From Candidatus Poriferihabitaceae bacterium (GTDB taxonomy: Bacteria > Pseudomonadota > Gammaproteobacteria > Arenicellales > Poriferihabitantaceae): a stretch of DNA of 64,000 nucleotides. This document shows positions 1-10,018 of this stretch, one piece after another. Numbering within the stretch: position 1 is the stretch's first letter; each line of letters opens with the position of its first letter. The notes beneath the pieces were generated by a model that saw only the letters and a program-made list of their open reading frames with translations, ran no database searches and was not told where the DNA came from. The DNA is taken from the NCBI GenBank assembly GCA_965214055.1, contig OZ243931.1:462195-526194 (forward strand), read 5' to 3'. The position numbers and the translations under genes are program-made.

Positions 1-4
1 CCGA

Positions 5-961
5 TTAATCATCCGGTGCAAATTTAATGTTGAATTCTTTGATAAATTCATAATATTCCGGGTTCGATGGAAACGGAAGTGGGGAAGCTTTCTTGATTGC
101 AATTTCTCCAGATTCATCGAATGCCCGATCCCCACTGCTTTTTACCACATCTGCCGAGATCACATCACCATTTCGTGCAACTTGTACCCGTATCAGCGCA
201 ACTCGCCCCGGGCTGCTGTTCCATGGGCGACGCCAGTTATTTTCCGCTGCCGCCGCAATTCTATCCACCAGCGCAGCCAGTGCATTTTCCGCCTCATTCC
301 GGGTTCGTGTTCTGGCCAGTTGCTCTTGAAGTTCTTTTTCCCGCTTGCGTTGTTCTTCCTCTTCCTCGGCCTTCTTCCTCTCTTCCTCCCTGCGCTCGGC
401 TTCCAGTGCCTCCTGCCGCCTGCGCTCCTCTTCCTCGGCCTTCTTTCTCTCTTCCTCCCTGCGCTCGGCCTCCAGTGCCTCCTGCCGCCTGCGCTCTTCT
501 TCCTCGGCCTTCTTCTTCTCTTCCTCCCTGCGTTCGGCTTCCAGCGCCTCCTGCCGCCTGCGCTCCTCTTCCTCGGCCTTCTTTCTCTCTTCCTCCCTGC
601 GCTCGGCCTCCAGCGCCTCCTGCCGCTTGCGCTCCTCTTCCTCGGCCTTCTTTCTCTCTTCCTCCCTGCGCTTGGCCTCCAGTGCTTCCAGCCGCTTGCG
701 CTCTTCTTCCTGGACCTTCTCTAGCTCTTCCTGATCATTGGCAGGGAGAGATTCTTCAATTTCCTTTTCCTGCAGGTTGACCACTTCCTCCTCGGATATT
801 ACCTGTGCCTGGATTGGTTCCATCTGGCCATGTTCCGGTGTTTTTGCTGAAAACGGCCACCAGAAACCGGCCAGAACCGCCGCCAGTAAAATGCCGTGAA
901 CAATAAGGGTAAATAGTGCGGATTTGGAAACTTGTACGAACTGTTGAATGCGTTGTTTCAT
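5..961 (-). CDS. tolA: TolA, Tol-Pal system protein with an N-terminal TM anchor, a long charged E/R/K/A helical repeat region and a C-terminal TolA domain
   Basis: The N-terminal hydrophobic anchor (LFTLIVHGILLAAVLAGFWW), the EERKKAEEEERRRQEALEAERRE repeats and the C-terminal VARNGDVISADVVKSSGDRAFDESGEIAIKKASPLPFP resemble the TolA domain III. It lies immediately downstream of tolQ-tolR. Confidence 0.85.
   Translation of the reverse strand: MKQRIQQFVQVSKSALFTLIVHGILLAAVLAGFWWPFSAKTPEHGQMEPIQAQVISEEEVVNLQEKEIEESLPANDQEELEKVQEEERKRLEALEAKRREEERKKAEEEERKRQEALEAERREEERKKAEEEERRRQEALEAERREEEKKKAEEEERRRQEALEAERREEERKKAEEEERRRQEALEAERREEERKKAEEEEEQRKREKELQEQLARTRTRNEAENALAALVDRIAAAAENNWRRPWNSSPGRVALIRVQVARNGDVISADVVKSSGDRAFDESGEIAIKKASPLPFPSNPEYYEFIKEFNIKFAPDD
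364..708. repeat. Tandem repeat inside tolA: 69-bp unit, 5 near-identical copies (23-aa protein repeat)
   Basis: The string cctcggcc recurs at 364, 433, 502, 571 and 640, an exact 69-nt period. Copies differ by only a few substitutions. Confidence 0.9.
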
Positions 962-972
962 TCACCCTTTAG

Positions 973-1398
973 TCAGGAATCCGATGGCTCAGTGACCAAT
1001 CCTACGGATTCGACACCAGCGCTTTGCAACAACACCATTGCCCTCACTACAAACGCATAATCTGCAGCACTGTCCCCTCTGACCAGAAACAGCAAATCCG
1101 GGTTTCGCTGTAATGCCGCTTTGGCGGCCAACCCGATTTCCCGGTCTGAGGGAATGGCTTCCTCGTTATCATTGAGATAGTAATTGCCGTCTGCATCCAC
1201 GGTAACGACAAACGGTTCTTCTTCCTGGTTCGGAATGGGGTTGGCCACCGCCTTGGGCAACTCAACGGTTACACCGGTACTTAACAGGGAAGCCGTCACC
1301 ATGAATATGATCAGCAAAACAAGCATGACATCGATATATGGCACGACGTTGATTTCTGCCATCAACCGTTTCTTACGTCCGTACTGGGTCTGCCTCAT
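973..1398 (-). CDS. tolR: TolR (ExbD/TolR family biopolymer transport protein)
   Basis: 141 aa. INVVPYIDVMLVLLIIFMV is the typical ExbD/TolR TM segment. It is positioned between tolQ and tolA. Confidence 0.85.
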   Translation of the reverse strand: MRQTQYGRKKRLMAEINVVPYIDVMLVLLIIFMVTASLLSTGVTVELPKAVANPIPNQEEEPFVVTVDADGNYYLNDNEEAIPSDREIGLAAKAALQRNPDLLFLVRGDSAADYAFVVRAMVLLQSAGVESVGLVTEPSDS

Positions 1399-1400
1399 GG

Positions 1401-2096
1401 TTAACGCCCACCCAGATTCTGACGATTGACAATGCTGAGGAACTCTTCCATGAAGATTTCGTAGCGGCTGATCAGTCGTTCAGTCGTGCTCGCAAACTTG
1501 TTGTATGCAATCACTGCAGGAATGGCCGCAAACAGGCCCATTGCCGTGGCAATCAGGGCTTCGGCGATTCCCGGCGCCACGGTGGCAATGGTTACCTGCT
1601 GCATCGCACCGAGGGACTGGAATGAGTTCATAATCCCCCACACGGTCCCAAAAAGACCTACATAAGGACTGGTTGAACCCACCGTGGCCAGAAATGGCAG
1701 GTTGGATTCGATCAATCCGATCTCTCTGCTCAATGCCACCCGCATGGACCGGTGAACCCCGTTCACCATATCCGAGCGATGAACATTCTGTTGCTTTGCA
1801 AGACGGTTGAACTCCCGATATCCGGCAAGAAAGATATTTGCAATTCCCTCGGGGTTGTCCTTTCCGCCCCATTCCATATAAATCTTGCGCATTTCGCCCC
1901 CGGACCAGAACTGCTCCTCGAACTGGTCGGCAATTTTTTTCCAGCGCTTGTAGGCCGTGCGTTTCCGGTCAATCATGTACCACGATATTACTGAAGCCAG
2001 CAGCAACATCAGCATGACCAGCTGAACCGGAATGCTGGCATTGATGACGAGGTCCAGAACCGAATGACTTTGGGGGAGGTTGTTTTCGATAGCCAC
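1401..2096 (-). CDS. tolQ: TolQ (MotA/TolQ/ExbB proton channel)
   Basis: 231 aa with three TM segments. The conserved C-terminal LATVGSTSPYVGLFGTVWGIM...IAEALIATAMGLFAAIPAVIAYN is the MotA/TolQ/ExbB signature. Confidence 0.9.
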   Translation of the reverse strand: MAIENNLPQSHSVLDLVINASIPVQLVMLMLLLASVISWYMIDRKRTAYKRWKKIADQFEEQFWSGGEMRKIYMEWGGKDNPEGIANIFLAGYREFNRLAKQQNVHRSDMVNGVHRSMRVALSREIGLIESNLPFLATVGSTSPYVGLFGTVWGIMNSFQSLGAMQQVTIATVAPGIAEALIATAMGLFAAIPAVIAYNKFASTTERLISRYEIFMEEFLSIVNRQNLGGR

Positions 2097-2153
2097 TATA
2101 GTTTTGTCATGGGTAACGGGTTTGTGTTGTACGATTGCTGCCTGCTTTCGCCT

Positions 2154-2384
2154 TCAACTTGCGCGAGGTCTTTGAGACCGGTTGTCCAGGCCAGGGATTT
2201 CATTGTTGACGAGGCTGTCACGGACGATCACCCGTAACGGGTATGCTTTCGGTTGATGTGCGGGTACAGGGGCACCGAAGGATGGTACGAAGAGGTCTGG
2301 ATTGGTGGAATCATAGGATGATGACCGGACAATTGCAAGAACCCATCCAATGATGATCGCCAATGATAGCCGGATTGGAAGCAA
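2154..2384 (-). CDS. Hypothetical small protein with one N-terminal TM helix (weak call)
   Basis: It is the only same-strand ORF in the 324-bp ruvB-tolQ gap, where ybgC usually sits. No recognisable family and no clear RBS. Confidence 0.25.
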   Translation of the reverse strand: MLPIRLSLAIIIGWVLAIVRSSSYDSTNPDLFVPSFGAPVPAHQPKAYPLRVIVRDSLVNNEIPGLDNRSQRPRAS

Positions 2385-2420
2385 AATATGTCGACGATTT
2401 CATCCTGCTCCCAAAGACGG

Positions 2421-3473
2421 CTATCGATTTCGAAACAGGTCCTGCTGCCGATTGGTCTCCTCGGAAGGAATTGGCATTCCCAGATGTTCCCAGGCTGTTT
2501 TCATGGCCACACGCCCGCGGGCGGTTCGCATCATGTAACCCTGCTGGATCAAATAGGGCTCAATGATGTCTTCAACGGTGCCCCGTTCCTCGCCGATGGC
2601 CGCGGCAATACTGTCGATGCCCACAGGCCCCCCGTCAAATTTCTCAATGATGGCCAGAAGGAAACTGCGATCAAGCCGGTCAAGTCCAAAAGTATCCACT
2701 TCCAGCATGTCCAGGGCGGCGTTGGCCATTCCTTCGGTCAGTTTTCCATCACTTTTGACTTCCACGTAGTCACGCACCCGCCGCAACAGGCGATTGGCAA
2801 TGCGAGGGGTCCCCCTTGAACGCGTGGCAATGGCACGGACCCCCTCGATTTTGTAATCGATATTCAATATCTTCGCCGACCGTTCCACAATTTTCGAGAG
2901 CTCACCGGTAGTATAAAACTGCAAACGTTGTACAATGCCAAACCGGTCCCGCAACGGAGAAGTCAGCAGTCCGGCCCGGGTGGTTGCGCCAACCAGGGTA
3001 AACGGCGGCAAATTGAGTTTTATCGAACGTGCTGCCGGCCCTTCGCCAATCATGATATCCAGGTAAAAGTCTTCCAGGGCGGGATACAGGATTTCCTCAA
3101 TCGCCGGGCTCAACCGATGAATCTCATCGATAAACAACACATCCCCGGATTCGAGATTCGTCAGAATCGCGGCCAGATCCCCCGCTTTTTCAAGAACCGG
3201 TCCCGAAGTCTGACGTAGTTTGGCACCCATTTCCTGCCCCAGAATATGGGCAATCGTGGTTTTTCCGAGACCCGGGGGACCAAAAATCAACACGTGATCC
3301 AATGCTTCGTTTCGTTGTCTGGCAGCCTGAATAAAGATGCCCAGCTGCTCTTTGGTGCTGGCCTGGCCAATAAACTCCTTCAGCCTGCTCGGACGCAGAC
3401 TGCGTTCAAACATCTGTTCCTGGGGAGAATCCCGCAGGTTGTCCGGGGACAACAGTGGATTGGATTCACTCAT
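2421..3473 (-). CDS. ruvB: Holliday junction branch migration ATPase RuvB
   Basis: 350 aa with Walker [18 protein letters not shown] and a RuvB C-terminal winged helix. It is colinear with ruvA and ruvC. Confidence 0.95.
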   Translation of the reverse strand: MSESNPLLSPDNLRDSPQEQMFERSLRPSRLKEFIGQASTKEQLGIFIQAARQRNEALDHVLIFGPPGLGKTTIAHILGQEMGAKLRQTSGPVLEKAGDLAAILTNLESGDVLFIDEIHRLSPAIEEILYPALEDFYLDIMIGEGPAARSIKLNLPPFTLVGATTRAGLLTSPLRDRFGIVQRLQFYTTGELSKIVERSAKILNIDYKIEGVRAIATRSRGTPRIANRLLRRVRDYVEVKSDGKLTEGMANAALDMLEVDTFGLDRLDRSFLLAIIEKFDGGPVGIDSIAAAIGEERGTVEDIIEPYLIQQGYMMRTARGRVAMKTAWEHLGMPIPSEETNRQQDLFRNR

Positions 3474-4072
3474 CGAACCGTTAAGTACTGTAGTGCATTG
3501 CGAATTAAATCATCCCGCTTGTCACTTTTATCCTTGACCGCTCTCACCGCCTTACCGGCTTCAGCAGATCGGTACCCCAGCGCGATCAAGGCACCAATCG
3601 CATCCTGTACCGGGCTGTCGGGAATTGTCCGGGTGCCTGGAGCGTCCGATGGCGCCCCCTGGGAAGTTGGCAAATCAACCCGGTCCCGCAAATCAATAAT
3701 CATCCGTTCTGCGGTTTTTCTGCCGATTCCGGGTACCTTGACCAGGGTTGAGAAATCATCACTGTAGATACAGTGAAGAAAATCCTGAGGATTCAACGTC
3801 GATAGTATCGCAAGTGCCACCTTGGGGCCAACGCCGTTTACTTTCAAAAGATGCCTGAATAAATCTTTTTGGCCCTGATCGGTAAACCCATATAACAGCT
3901 GGGCATCTTCACGCACCACCTGGTGCACAAACAGCGAGATTTCCTGCCCTTCATCGGGCAATTCATAGAATACCGGCATTGGGGATTCCAACTCATACCC
4001 CACACCGTTCACATCCACCAGGAGGATTGGCGGTTGCTTGTGTAACAGTTTTCCCCGGATAAAGCCGATCAT
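3470..4072 (-). CDS. ruvA: Holliday junction DNA helicase subunit RuvA
   Basis: The canonical N-terminus MIGFIRGKL begins at the internal ATG at 4072. That ATG overlaps the ruvC stop as ATGA. HhH motifs ([24 protein letters not shown]) are present. Confidence 0.9.
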   Translation of the reverse strand: MIGFIRGKLLHKQPPILLVDVNGVGYELESPMPVFYELPDEGQEISLFVHQVVREDAQLLYGFTDQGQKDLFRHLLKVNGVGPKVALAILSTLNPQDFLHCIYSDDFSTLVKVPGIGRKTAERMIIDLRDRVDLPTSQGAPSDAPGTRTIPDSPVQDAIGALIALGYRSAEAGKAVRAVKDKSDKRDDLIRNALQYLTVR

Positions 4073-4563
4073 CCCGCGAACTCCAGCTTTCGTTTCACCT
4101 GAATCGTGTGTATGTGGCAAATCGCGCAGGCCAGGGCATCCGCTTCATCGGTGGCTGGGGTCACCGTCAACCCCAATATCGCCCGCACCATGTGCTGGGT
4201 CTGTTCTTTTTTGGCATTGCCGGACCCCACCACCGCTCTTTTTATCTGCAGTGCGCTGTATTCCCATACTTCCCGGCCCGCATTAATCGCGGAACAGATT
4301 GCACTTCCCCGGGCATGGCCCAATACCAGGGCAGACTTCGCATTGCTGGCAACAAACACCTGCTCCACCGCCACGGAGTCCGGCTGTGTCTCGTCGATGA
4401 TTCCAGACACCCCCTGGTAAATCATCCCCAGCCTTTCGGGTAATGGAAGATTGCCCATCCTCACCCGGCGGTATTTCACACAGCGAAGGCTGCCATCCTC
4501 CGCTTCCACCACACCCAGGCCGGTAATTCGGGAACCCGGATCAATTCCCAGGATGCGCATCAA
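4069..4563 (-). CDS. ruvC: Crossover junction endodeoxyribonuclease RuvC
   Basis: 164 aa. MRILGIDPGSRITG matches the RuvC N-terminal catalytic Asp motif, and the C-terminal DEADALACAICH is present. Confidence 0.95.
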   Translation of the reverse strand: MMRILGIDPGSRITGLGVVEAEDGSLRCVKYRRVRMGNLPLPERLGMIYQGVSGIIDETQPDSVAVEQVFVASNAKSALVLGHARGSAICSAINAGREVWEYSALQIKRAVVGSGNAKKEQTQHMVRAILGLTVTPATDEADALACAICHIHTIQVKRKLEFAG

Positions 4564-5288
4564 CCGACCTCCACAAAATTTGCGTTGGTAAACACATCCT
4601 GAACATCATCCAGATCCTCAAGAAAATCAATCAGTTGATTCACTTTCTCCGCCTCTTCTCCACCCACATCGGTCTCCATGATGGGCCGCTGGATAATTCC
4701 GGAAATCTCGGGCCTGAAACCGGCTTCCTTCATCGCCTGCTGCACCGCATGGAAATTTTCGGCCGGGGTCACCACTTCAATCATGCCTTCCTCGCTTTCA
4801 ACGTCCTCGGCGCCGGATTCCAGTGCGATTTCAATAATTTCCTCTTCATCTTCGTCATTGGAAAATACCAGGGACCCAATGGTATTGAATTGATACAAAA
4901 CCGAACCATCCGTGCCCAGGTTTCCCCCATGCTTGGCAAAGGCATGCCGTACTTCGCTCACTGTCCTGTTCCTGTTGTCCGTTGCGCACTCGACGATTAT
5001 CGCCACGCCATGGGGACCATACCCTTCATAACGGATTTCAAGCAGATCATCCCCTCCAAGCGCCCCGGTTCCGCGTTTTACCGCCCGTTCAATGGTGTCC
5101 TTGGTCATGTTCGCAGCCAGTGCCTTGTCGATTGCGCTGCGCAGCCTGGGATTGGAGTCCGGGTCCCCCCCGCCCAATTTTGCTGAAACACTGATTTCCT
5201 TGATCAGCTTGGTGAACGCCTTTCCTCTCTTGGCATCCTGGGCCGCCTTGCGGAACTTGATGTTTGCCCACTTGCTATGCCCGGCCAT
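4560..5288 (-). CDS. yebC: YebC/PmpR family DNA-binding transcriptional regulator
   Basis: The canonical start MAGHSKWANIKFRKAAQDAKRGK lies at the internal ATG at 5288. The upstream 39 codons of the ORF look non-coding. Confidence 0.9.
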   Translation of the reverse strand: MAGHSKWANIKFRKAAQDAKRGKAFTKLIKEISVSAKLGGGDPDSNPRLRSAIDKALAANMTKDTIERAVKRGTGALGGDDLLEIRYEGYGPHGVAIIVECATDNRNRTVSEVRHAFAKHGGNLGTDGSVLYQFNTIGSLVFSNDEDEEEIIEIALESGAEDVESEEGMIEVVTPAENFHAVQQAMKEAGFRPEISGIIQRPIMETDVGGEEAEKVNQLIDFLEDLDDVQDVFTNANFVEVG

Positions 5289-5491
5289 GTCGTCTCCCCA
5301 AACCGGTTGTGCAATGCATGTTGAGGGTCCAGGACAATCCGGTGGCACGGTCCGGACCAGGGCCCTTGCAGGCCCAAGGAGTGGAATTGCCCATTCTGAT
5401 GACATTCACGCTGATCACATTGGCGGGAAGTGTCGAATCATTCATGGGACGGGGCACTGTTTTTATATCGGTGAAACGCACATTGAGCGGA

Positions 5492-7264
5492 CTATCGCCA
5501 TTGCTTTTTTCGCTGCAATCCGAGGTCCCGGAGTTGCCGGTCGCCTACCTGGTTCGGCGCCTCGGTCAGCAGGCAGGATGCTTTCTGGGTTTTTGGAAAA
5601 GCGATGACATCACGAATGGACTCCACATCGCACATCATCGCTACCAGCCGATCAATCCCAAACGCAATCCCACCGTGGGGGGGAGCGCCGTATTTGAGCC
5701 CTTCCAGAAGAAACCCGAATTTTGTCCGGGCTTCTTCGGCATCGATACCCAGCACTTCCAGGATTTTCTCCTGCAGGACTGGATCATGAACACGAATGGA
5801 GCCCCCGCCAATTTCCGTGCCATTCAATACCATGTCATAGGCCCTGGAGAGCCCCTGCCCCGGGTCGGATTCCAGCCAGGCCTGATGGCCCGACCTGGGA
5901 GATGTAAAGGGATGATGCAGCGCCTGCCAGCGATGACCCGGTTCGTCCCACTCAACCAACGGAAAATCCACCACCCAAAGAGGCTTCCAGCCAGGATGAA
6001 CGAGATCCATGACTTTGGCGATCTCCAGCCTCAGTGCACCCAACGCATCATTCACCACCTCCGCCTTGTCCGCCCCGAACAATATCATGTCCCCGGTTTT
6101 TGCCCCGGTGCGCTCCAGGATACCCGACAATACCCCGTCGGGCAGGAATTTCAGAATCGGCGACTGCAGCCCCTCCCGACCCAGGGAAGCATCATTCACC
6201 TTGATATAGGCCAGCCCCTTTGCCCCGTATTGACCGGCAAATTCGGTATATCGGTCGATCTGTGCCCGCGTCAGACGGTTTCCACCCGGCACGCACAGCC
6301 CGGCAACCCGACTTTTTTTATCGTTTGCCGGGCCGGAAAAAACCTTGAATTCAACGTCTTTCACCAGGTCCGTCAATTCGGTCAGCTCCAGGTCGACCCG
6401 AAGATCCGGACGATCGGTTCCGTACCGTTCCAGGGCTTCATGGTAACGGATTCTCGGCAGGGGGTTCGGCAGCTCCACATTGATGACACTTTTGAAACAG
6501 TCCCGGATCAACTGCTCCATCAGGTTCATGACATCTTCTTCCTCAACGAAAGACATTTCCACATCGAGCTGGGTAAACTCCGGCTGCCGGTCCGCACGCA
6601 GGTCCTCATCCCGAAAACACCGCGCTATTTGAAAATAGCGTTCGAAACCGGATACCATCAACAACTGCTTGAACAGCTGGGGAGACTGGGGAAGGGCAAA
6701 AAATTCACCCGGATGGGTACGGCTGGGCACCAGATAGTCCCGGGCCCCCTCCGGGGTGGAACGTGTCAGCATCGGCGTTTCGATTTCGACAAACTCCCTT
6801 TGCTCCAAAAAATGGCGCAGGTTTGCAATGATGCGGTGTCGGGCACGGATGGTAGATTGCATCCCTGGCCTGCGCAGGTCCAGGAAACGGTATTTCAACC
6901 GGGTCGCCTCACCAATTTCTTCCTCGTCCATTTGAAACGGCAGCGGCTCCGACCGGTTGAGGAGCTTGATTTCTTCCGCCATCACCTCAATTTGCCCGGT
7001 GGCAAGTCCTTCATTCACCGTGCCTTCAGGACGAACGCGGACCCGGCCCCGGACCCACAGCACATACTCGTTGCGGGAACTGTCCGCAACCGAAAAGGCA
7101 TCCGGAATATCCGGGTCCGCCACCACCTGGACCCTGCCGGAACGATCCCGAAGATCGATGAAGATCACTCCCCCATGATCCCGTCTGTTCAGCACCCATC
7201 CGGCCAAACAGACAATGTGGTCAACATCAGACCGGCTGAGTTTTCCACAAAGATGGGTTCGCAT
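5492..7264 (-). CDS. aspS: Aspartate--tRNA ligase
   Basis: 590 aa. MRTHLCGKL...[20 protein letters not shown] is the OB anticodon-binding domain. Class II motifs ([28 protein letters not shown]) are present. Confidence 0.95.
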   Translation of the reverse strand: MRTHLCGKLSRSDVDHIVCLAGWVLNRRDHGGVIFIDLRDRSGRVQVVADPDIPDAFSVADSSRNEYVLWVRGRVRVRPEGTVNEGLATGQIEVMAEEIKLLNRSEPLPFQMDEEEIGEATRLKYRFLDLRRPGMQSTIRARHRIIANLRHFLEQREFVEIETPMLTRSTPEGARDYLVPSRTHPGEFFALPQSPQLFKQLLMVSGFERYFQIARCFRDEDLRADRQPEFTQLDVEMSFVEEEDVMNLMEQLIRDCFKSVINVELPNPLPRIRYHEALERYGTDRPDLRVDLELTELTDLVKDVEFKVFSGPANDKKSRVAGLCVPGGNRLTRAQIDRYTEFAGQYGAKGLAYIKVNDASLGREGLQSPILKFLPDGVLSGILERTGAKTGDMILFGADKAEVVNDALGALRLEIAKVMDLVHPGWKPLWVVDFPLVEWDEPGHRWQALHHPFTSPRSGHQAWLESDPGQGLSRAYDMVLNGTEIGGGSIRVHDPVLQEKILEVLGIDAEEARTKFGFLLEGLKYGAPPHGGIAFGIDRLVAMMCDVESIRDVIAFPKTQKASCLLTEAPNQVGDRQLRDLGLQRKKQWR

Positions 7265-7298
7265 CTAATCAGCCCCAGGGAAAGGGTTCACTGCCATG

Positions 7299-7628
7299 TC
7301 AAGGGGCAGAAGAGGCCTGGCTGCGGGGGGTTGACGTCTCCCGGGATGGTTTGGATTGCACTTTGCTGGATGGATTGCTTTTGTCCGCCCCGGGCTTGCT
7401 CTCATCCTTGGGCTTGTTCTTGACAGTCTCCTCTTTTTTCCTGTCGTTGTTCTTGAAATCGGTTTCGTACCAACCGGTCCCCTTGAGCCGGAACGCAGCC
7501 AGGGAAATCAGTCTCTTCAGGGCCGGCTCATTGCAACCGGGACAACAGACGAGGGGTTCAGCGGATATTTTCTGCAACACTTCAATGTGGTGGCCGCATT
7601 CATTGCATTGATATTCGTAAAAAGGCAT
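7299..7628 (-). CDS. FmdB/CxxC-CxxC zinc-ribbon family putative regulatory protein
   Basis: MPFYEYQCNECGH...CCPGCN has two CxxC pairs at the N-terminus, followed by a low-complexity tail. Confidence 0.8.
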   Translation of the reverse strand: MPFYEYQCNECGHHIEVLQKISAEPLVCCPGCNEPALKRLISLAAFRLKGTGWYETDFKNNDRKKEETVKNKPKDESKPGADKSNPSSKVQSKPSRETSTPRSQASSAP

Positions 7629-7663
7629 GACAAACAGGGATGTGAAAAATTTTCAAGGCGCGG

Positions 7664-7669
7664 ATTATA
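7664..7669 (-). promoter_or_regulatory. Candidate sigma70 -10 box (TATAAT on the minus strand) for the fmdB-like/aspS transcript
   Basis: A perfect TATAAT lies about 36 nt upstream of the ATG at 7628. The -35 (ATGTTA) is only weak at 17-bp spacing. Confidence 0.3.
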
Positions 7670-7705
7670 TAGAATATACGCTACGATAACATCGTATAGT
7701 GGGTG

Positions 7706-8824
7706 CTATTTGAGATTTTTCAATGCCTTATCCCGGGCATCTCCAACCCAGTCCAGCCCGGACTTTTCACTTTCAAATGGCTGACCCTCCTTGTCTACAC
7801 AATACCGCCCAAATACCACAGCATCATACAATTCGCCGTATCGGCGCATCAGGGTATGTTCAAACAGCAGACTTTTGTACACCTTGGTACCGGCCTGCAG
7901 ATAACACCCGTGTGAAATCCAGGTCGGACCCTGGATTTCGCACCCTGCCTCGATTCTTGCATTCGAACCAATATACACCGGTCCTTCAATAAAGACATCA
8001 TCCCAGTCAATGGCCACATTGGGTCCTGTCCAGACCTTGGGCATCACCTCCGTGCCCGGCATGGTCATTCCCCGGACGGGACTGCGCATCAACTGTTGGT
8101 TGACCTGCCAGTAGTCGCTGAGCTGACCAATATCAAGCCAGCGAAACGGCAATTCGATGGCGCCGAACTGCACACCCCTTGCGAGCAGGTCGGGAAGCAA
8201 TTGAGAGCCGATATCGTATTCCATCCCATGGGGGATGTACTGGATGATTTCGGGCTCAAAAATATAGATCCCCGTATTCACCAGGGTGGATTTTGCTTCC
8301 TCAACGGGAGGCTTTTCCTGAAACGAGGTAATCACACCGGATTCATCCGCCACCGCCACACCATATCGTGACACTTTCTCTCTCTCAACACGTTTCACGA
8401 CAATGCTGGCAATTGCACCGGACTTCCAGTGTTTTCTGACGGCCTCGGTCAAATCCAGATCGATAATGGCATCCCCGCAAACCACCAGAAAAGTATCATC
8501 GAAAAATCCACCGAATTCCTGGATTCGCCGGATCCCTCCTGCGGACCCGATGGGCTGCCCGAAAATCTCTCCATTCTCAATATGCCCTTCGAAAGAATAG
8601 CCGATATTGACCCCCCAGCGCCTTCCATCGCCAAAATAGGTTTCAATGGATTCGGGGAGATGGCTTAAATTCACCATCACTTCATCGAACCCGTGAGCCG
8701 CCAGCTGCTCAACCAGGTACTCCATGACCGGCTTGCCAATCACGGGGATCATGGGTTTCGGCAATTCGTAGGTCAGTGGCCTTACCCGGGTACCGCGTCC
8801 TGCGGCAAGTATCATAGCTTTCAT
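7706..8824 (-). CDS. Sugar-phosphate nucleotidyltransferase with C-terminal left-handed beta-helix (ManC/GCD1-like, COG1208)
   Basis: MKAMILAAGRGTRVRPLTYELPKPM is the nucleotidyltransferase G-rich loop. The C-terminal half shows a hexapeptide-repeat-like pattern. Confidence 0.8.
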   Translation of the reverse strand: MKAMILAAGRGTRVRPLTYELPKPMIPVIGKPVMEYLVEQLAAHGFDEVMVNLSHLPESIETYFGDGRRWGVNIGYSFEGHIENGEIFGQPIGSAGGIRRIQEFGGFFDDTFLVVCGDAIIDLDLTEAVRKHWKSGAIASIVVKRVEREKVSRYGVAVADESGVITSFQEKPPVEEAKSTLVNTGIYIFEPEIIQYIPHGMEYDIGSQLLPDLLARGVQFGAIELPFRWLDIGQLSDYWQVNQQLMRSPVRGMTMPGTEVMPKVWTGPNVAIDWDDVFIEGPVYIGSNARIEAGCEIQGPTWISHGCYLQAGTKVYKSLLFEHTLMRRYGELYDAVVFGRYCVDKEGQPFESEKSGLDWVGDARDKALKNLK

Positions 8825-9304
8825 TGGATTACATCACGGAATCAGTGGTTATTGCAGGCCCAGGGAGTCATTCATTCCATCCTCGCAGTCACCATGGCTG
8901 ACGACTCCCCGCGGCCGGGAACCCGACCTGCCACATCGATGAATGCAGGTTTCACGGGCCATCCCGCCACCCCCGTACTCATGCCCGCATGCAGGGTCTA
9001 CCCCCGTAACCGGGACAAGGCGTTTGGCCCACTATCGAAATGGATACCGGGAAGGGCCGGATCAAAACGGAACGCAGACAGGAAATCTGTCCCGATTTTC
9101 CAGTGGTTACGGCGGCCGGCCGCATCAGCCGGCCGCACGCGCAAAACACCCGAAAATGAAAATGCGGGGCGGACCTTGTTCATACTTTCCGTACAGGGGG
9201 GCTCCCCCCAAGGCTTACCCAGACATGCCTGAGTGAGCGCTTGAGGTTCTCCGGGAAAAGGGGAAGATGGTGGGTTTCAATGCACCGAGTGGTGCACCAG
9301 GGCC

Positions 9305-9332
9305 GGGAAAACCAGGCACAGTCTCCCGTGCC
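9305..9332 (-). terminator. Candidate intrinsic terminator downstream of yccA
   Basis: The minus-strand RNA reads GGCAC-gggagact-GTGCC followed by UGGUUUUCC, 14 nt after the stop codon. The stem is short (5 bp). Confidence 0.35.
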
Positions 9333-9346
9333 ACGGCCCCGGGGTA

Positions 9347-10018
9347 TCACTCATCGCCACCCATGACACCCAAAATACTCAACAGGCTGAGAAACAGGTT
9401 ATAGATCGCCACGTACAGGGTAACCGTCGCGGTAATGTAGTTGGTTTCTCCGCCGTGAATAATCTCGCTGGTTTGAAACAGGATCAGCCCGGACATCAAA
9501 AGGATAAACATCGCCGAAACGGCAAGGCTCAAGGCAGGAATGGAAAACAGCATGGCAGCCAGTCCGGCGATAAATGCAACCAGTATCCCCACCATCAGCA
9601 TCCCCCCCATAAAGGAAAAATCCTTTTGTGTGACCACGGCATACGCAGACAGGGCAATAAATATAATCCCGGTTCCTCCCAATGCGGTCATGACGATCTG
9701 CTCGCCATTGGACAGAGCCGTCAGATAAAAATTAAGCAATGGTCCCAGGGTCAGGCCCATAAAACCGGTCAATGCAAAGACAAACACCAGACCCAGAACG
9801 GAATTCCGGAATTTGCTGGTCAGGAATAACAGTCCAAAATATCCGACCAGTGTGATAATCATGCCCATTGGCGGAAAATTCATCACCATGGATAGACCCG
9901 CTGTCCCTGCACTGAACAGCAATGTCAAGGACAACAGCATGTAGGTATTTCGCAATACCTTGTTTATTTCAACACCCTGGGAAACCGGTCTGGCAACTGT
10001 GGTTTCGAATCTGGCCAT
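9347..10018 (-). CDS. yccA: Bax inhibitor-1/YccA family membrane protein
   Basis: Multi-TM protein. NKVLRNTYMLLSLTLLFSA and the C-terminal YVAIYNLFLSLLSILG are typical of BI-1/YccA. The start was moved to the ATG at 10018 (MARFETT), which has AGAGG upstream. Confidence 0.85.
   Translation of the reverse strand: MARFETTVARPVSQGVEINKVLRNTYMLLSLTLLFSAGTAGLSMVMNFPPMGMIITLVGYFGLLFLTSKFRNSVLGLVFVFALTGFMGLTLGPLLNFYLTALSNGEQIVMTALGGTGIIFIALSAYAVVTQKDFSFMGGMLMVGILVAFIAGLAAMLFSIPALSLAVSAMFILLMSGLILFQTSEIIHGGETNYITATVTLYVAIYNLFLSLLSILGVMGGDE

Noticed and set aside
97-780. Several plus-strand ORFs (78-227 aa) across the tolA repeat region
   Set aside because: They are antisense or alternative-frame readings of the 69-bp repeats and give Pro/Leu/Ser-rich periodic sequences. 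The TolA reading on the minus strand has proper domain architecture.
5264-7423. A 719-aa plus-strand ORF, the longest of several ORFs in this region
   Set aside because: It lies entirely antisense to aspS and yebC, which have unmistakable family motifs. Its translation is Arg/Pro/Gly-rich and low in complexity, as expected for shadow ORFs in GC-rich DNA.
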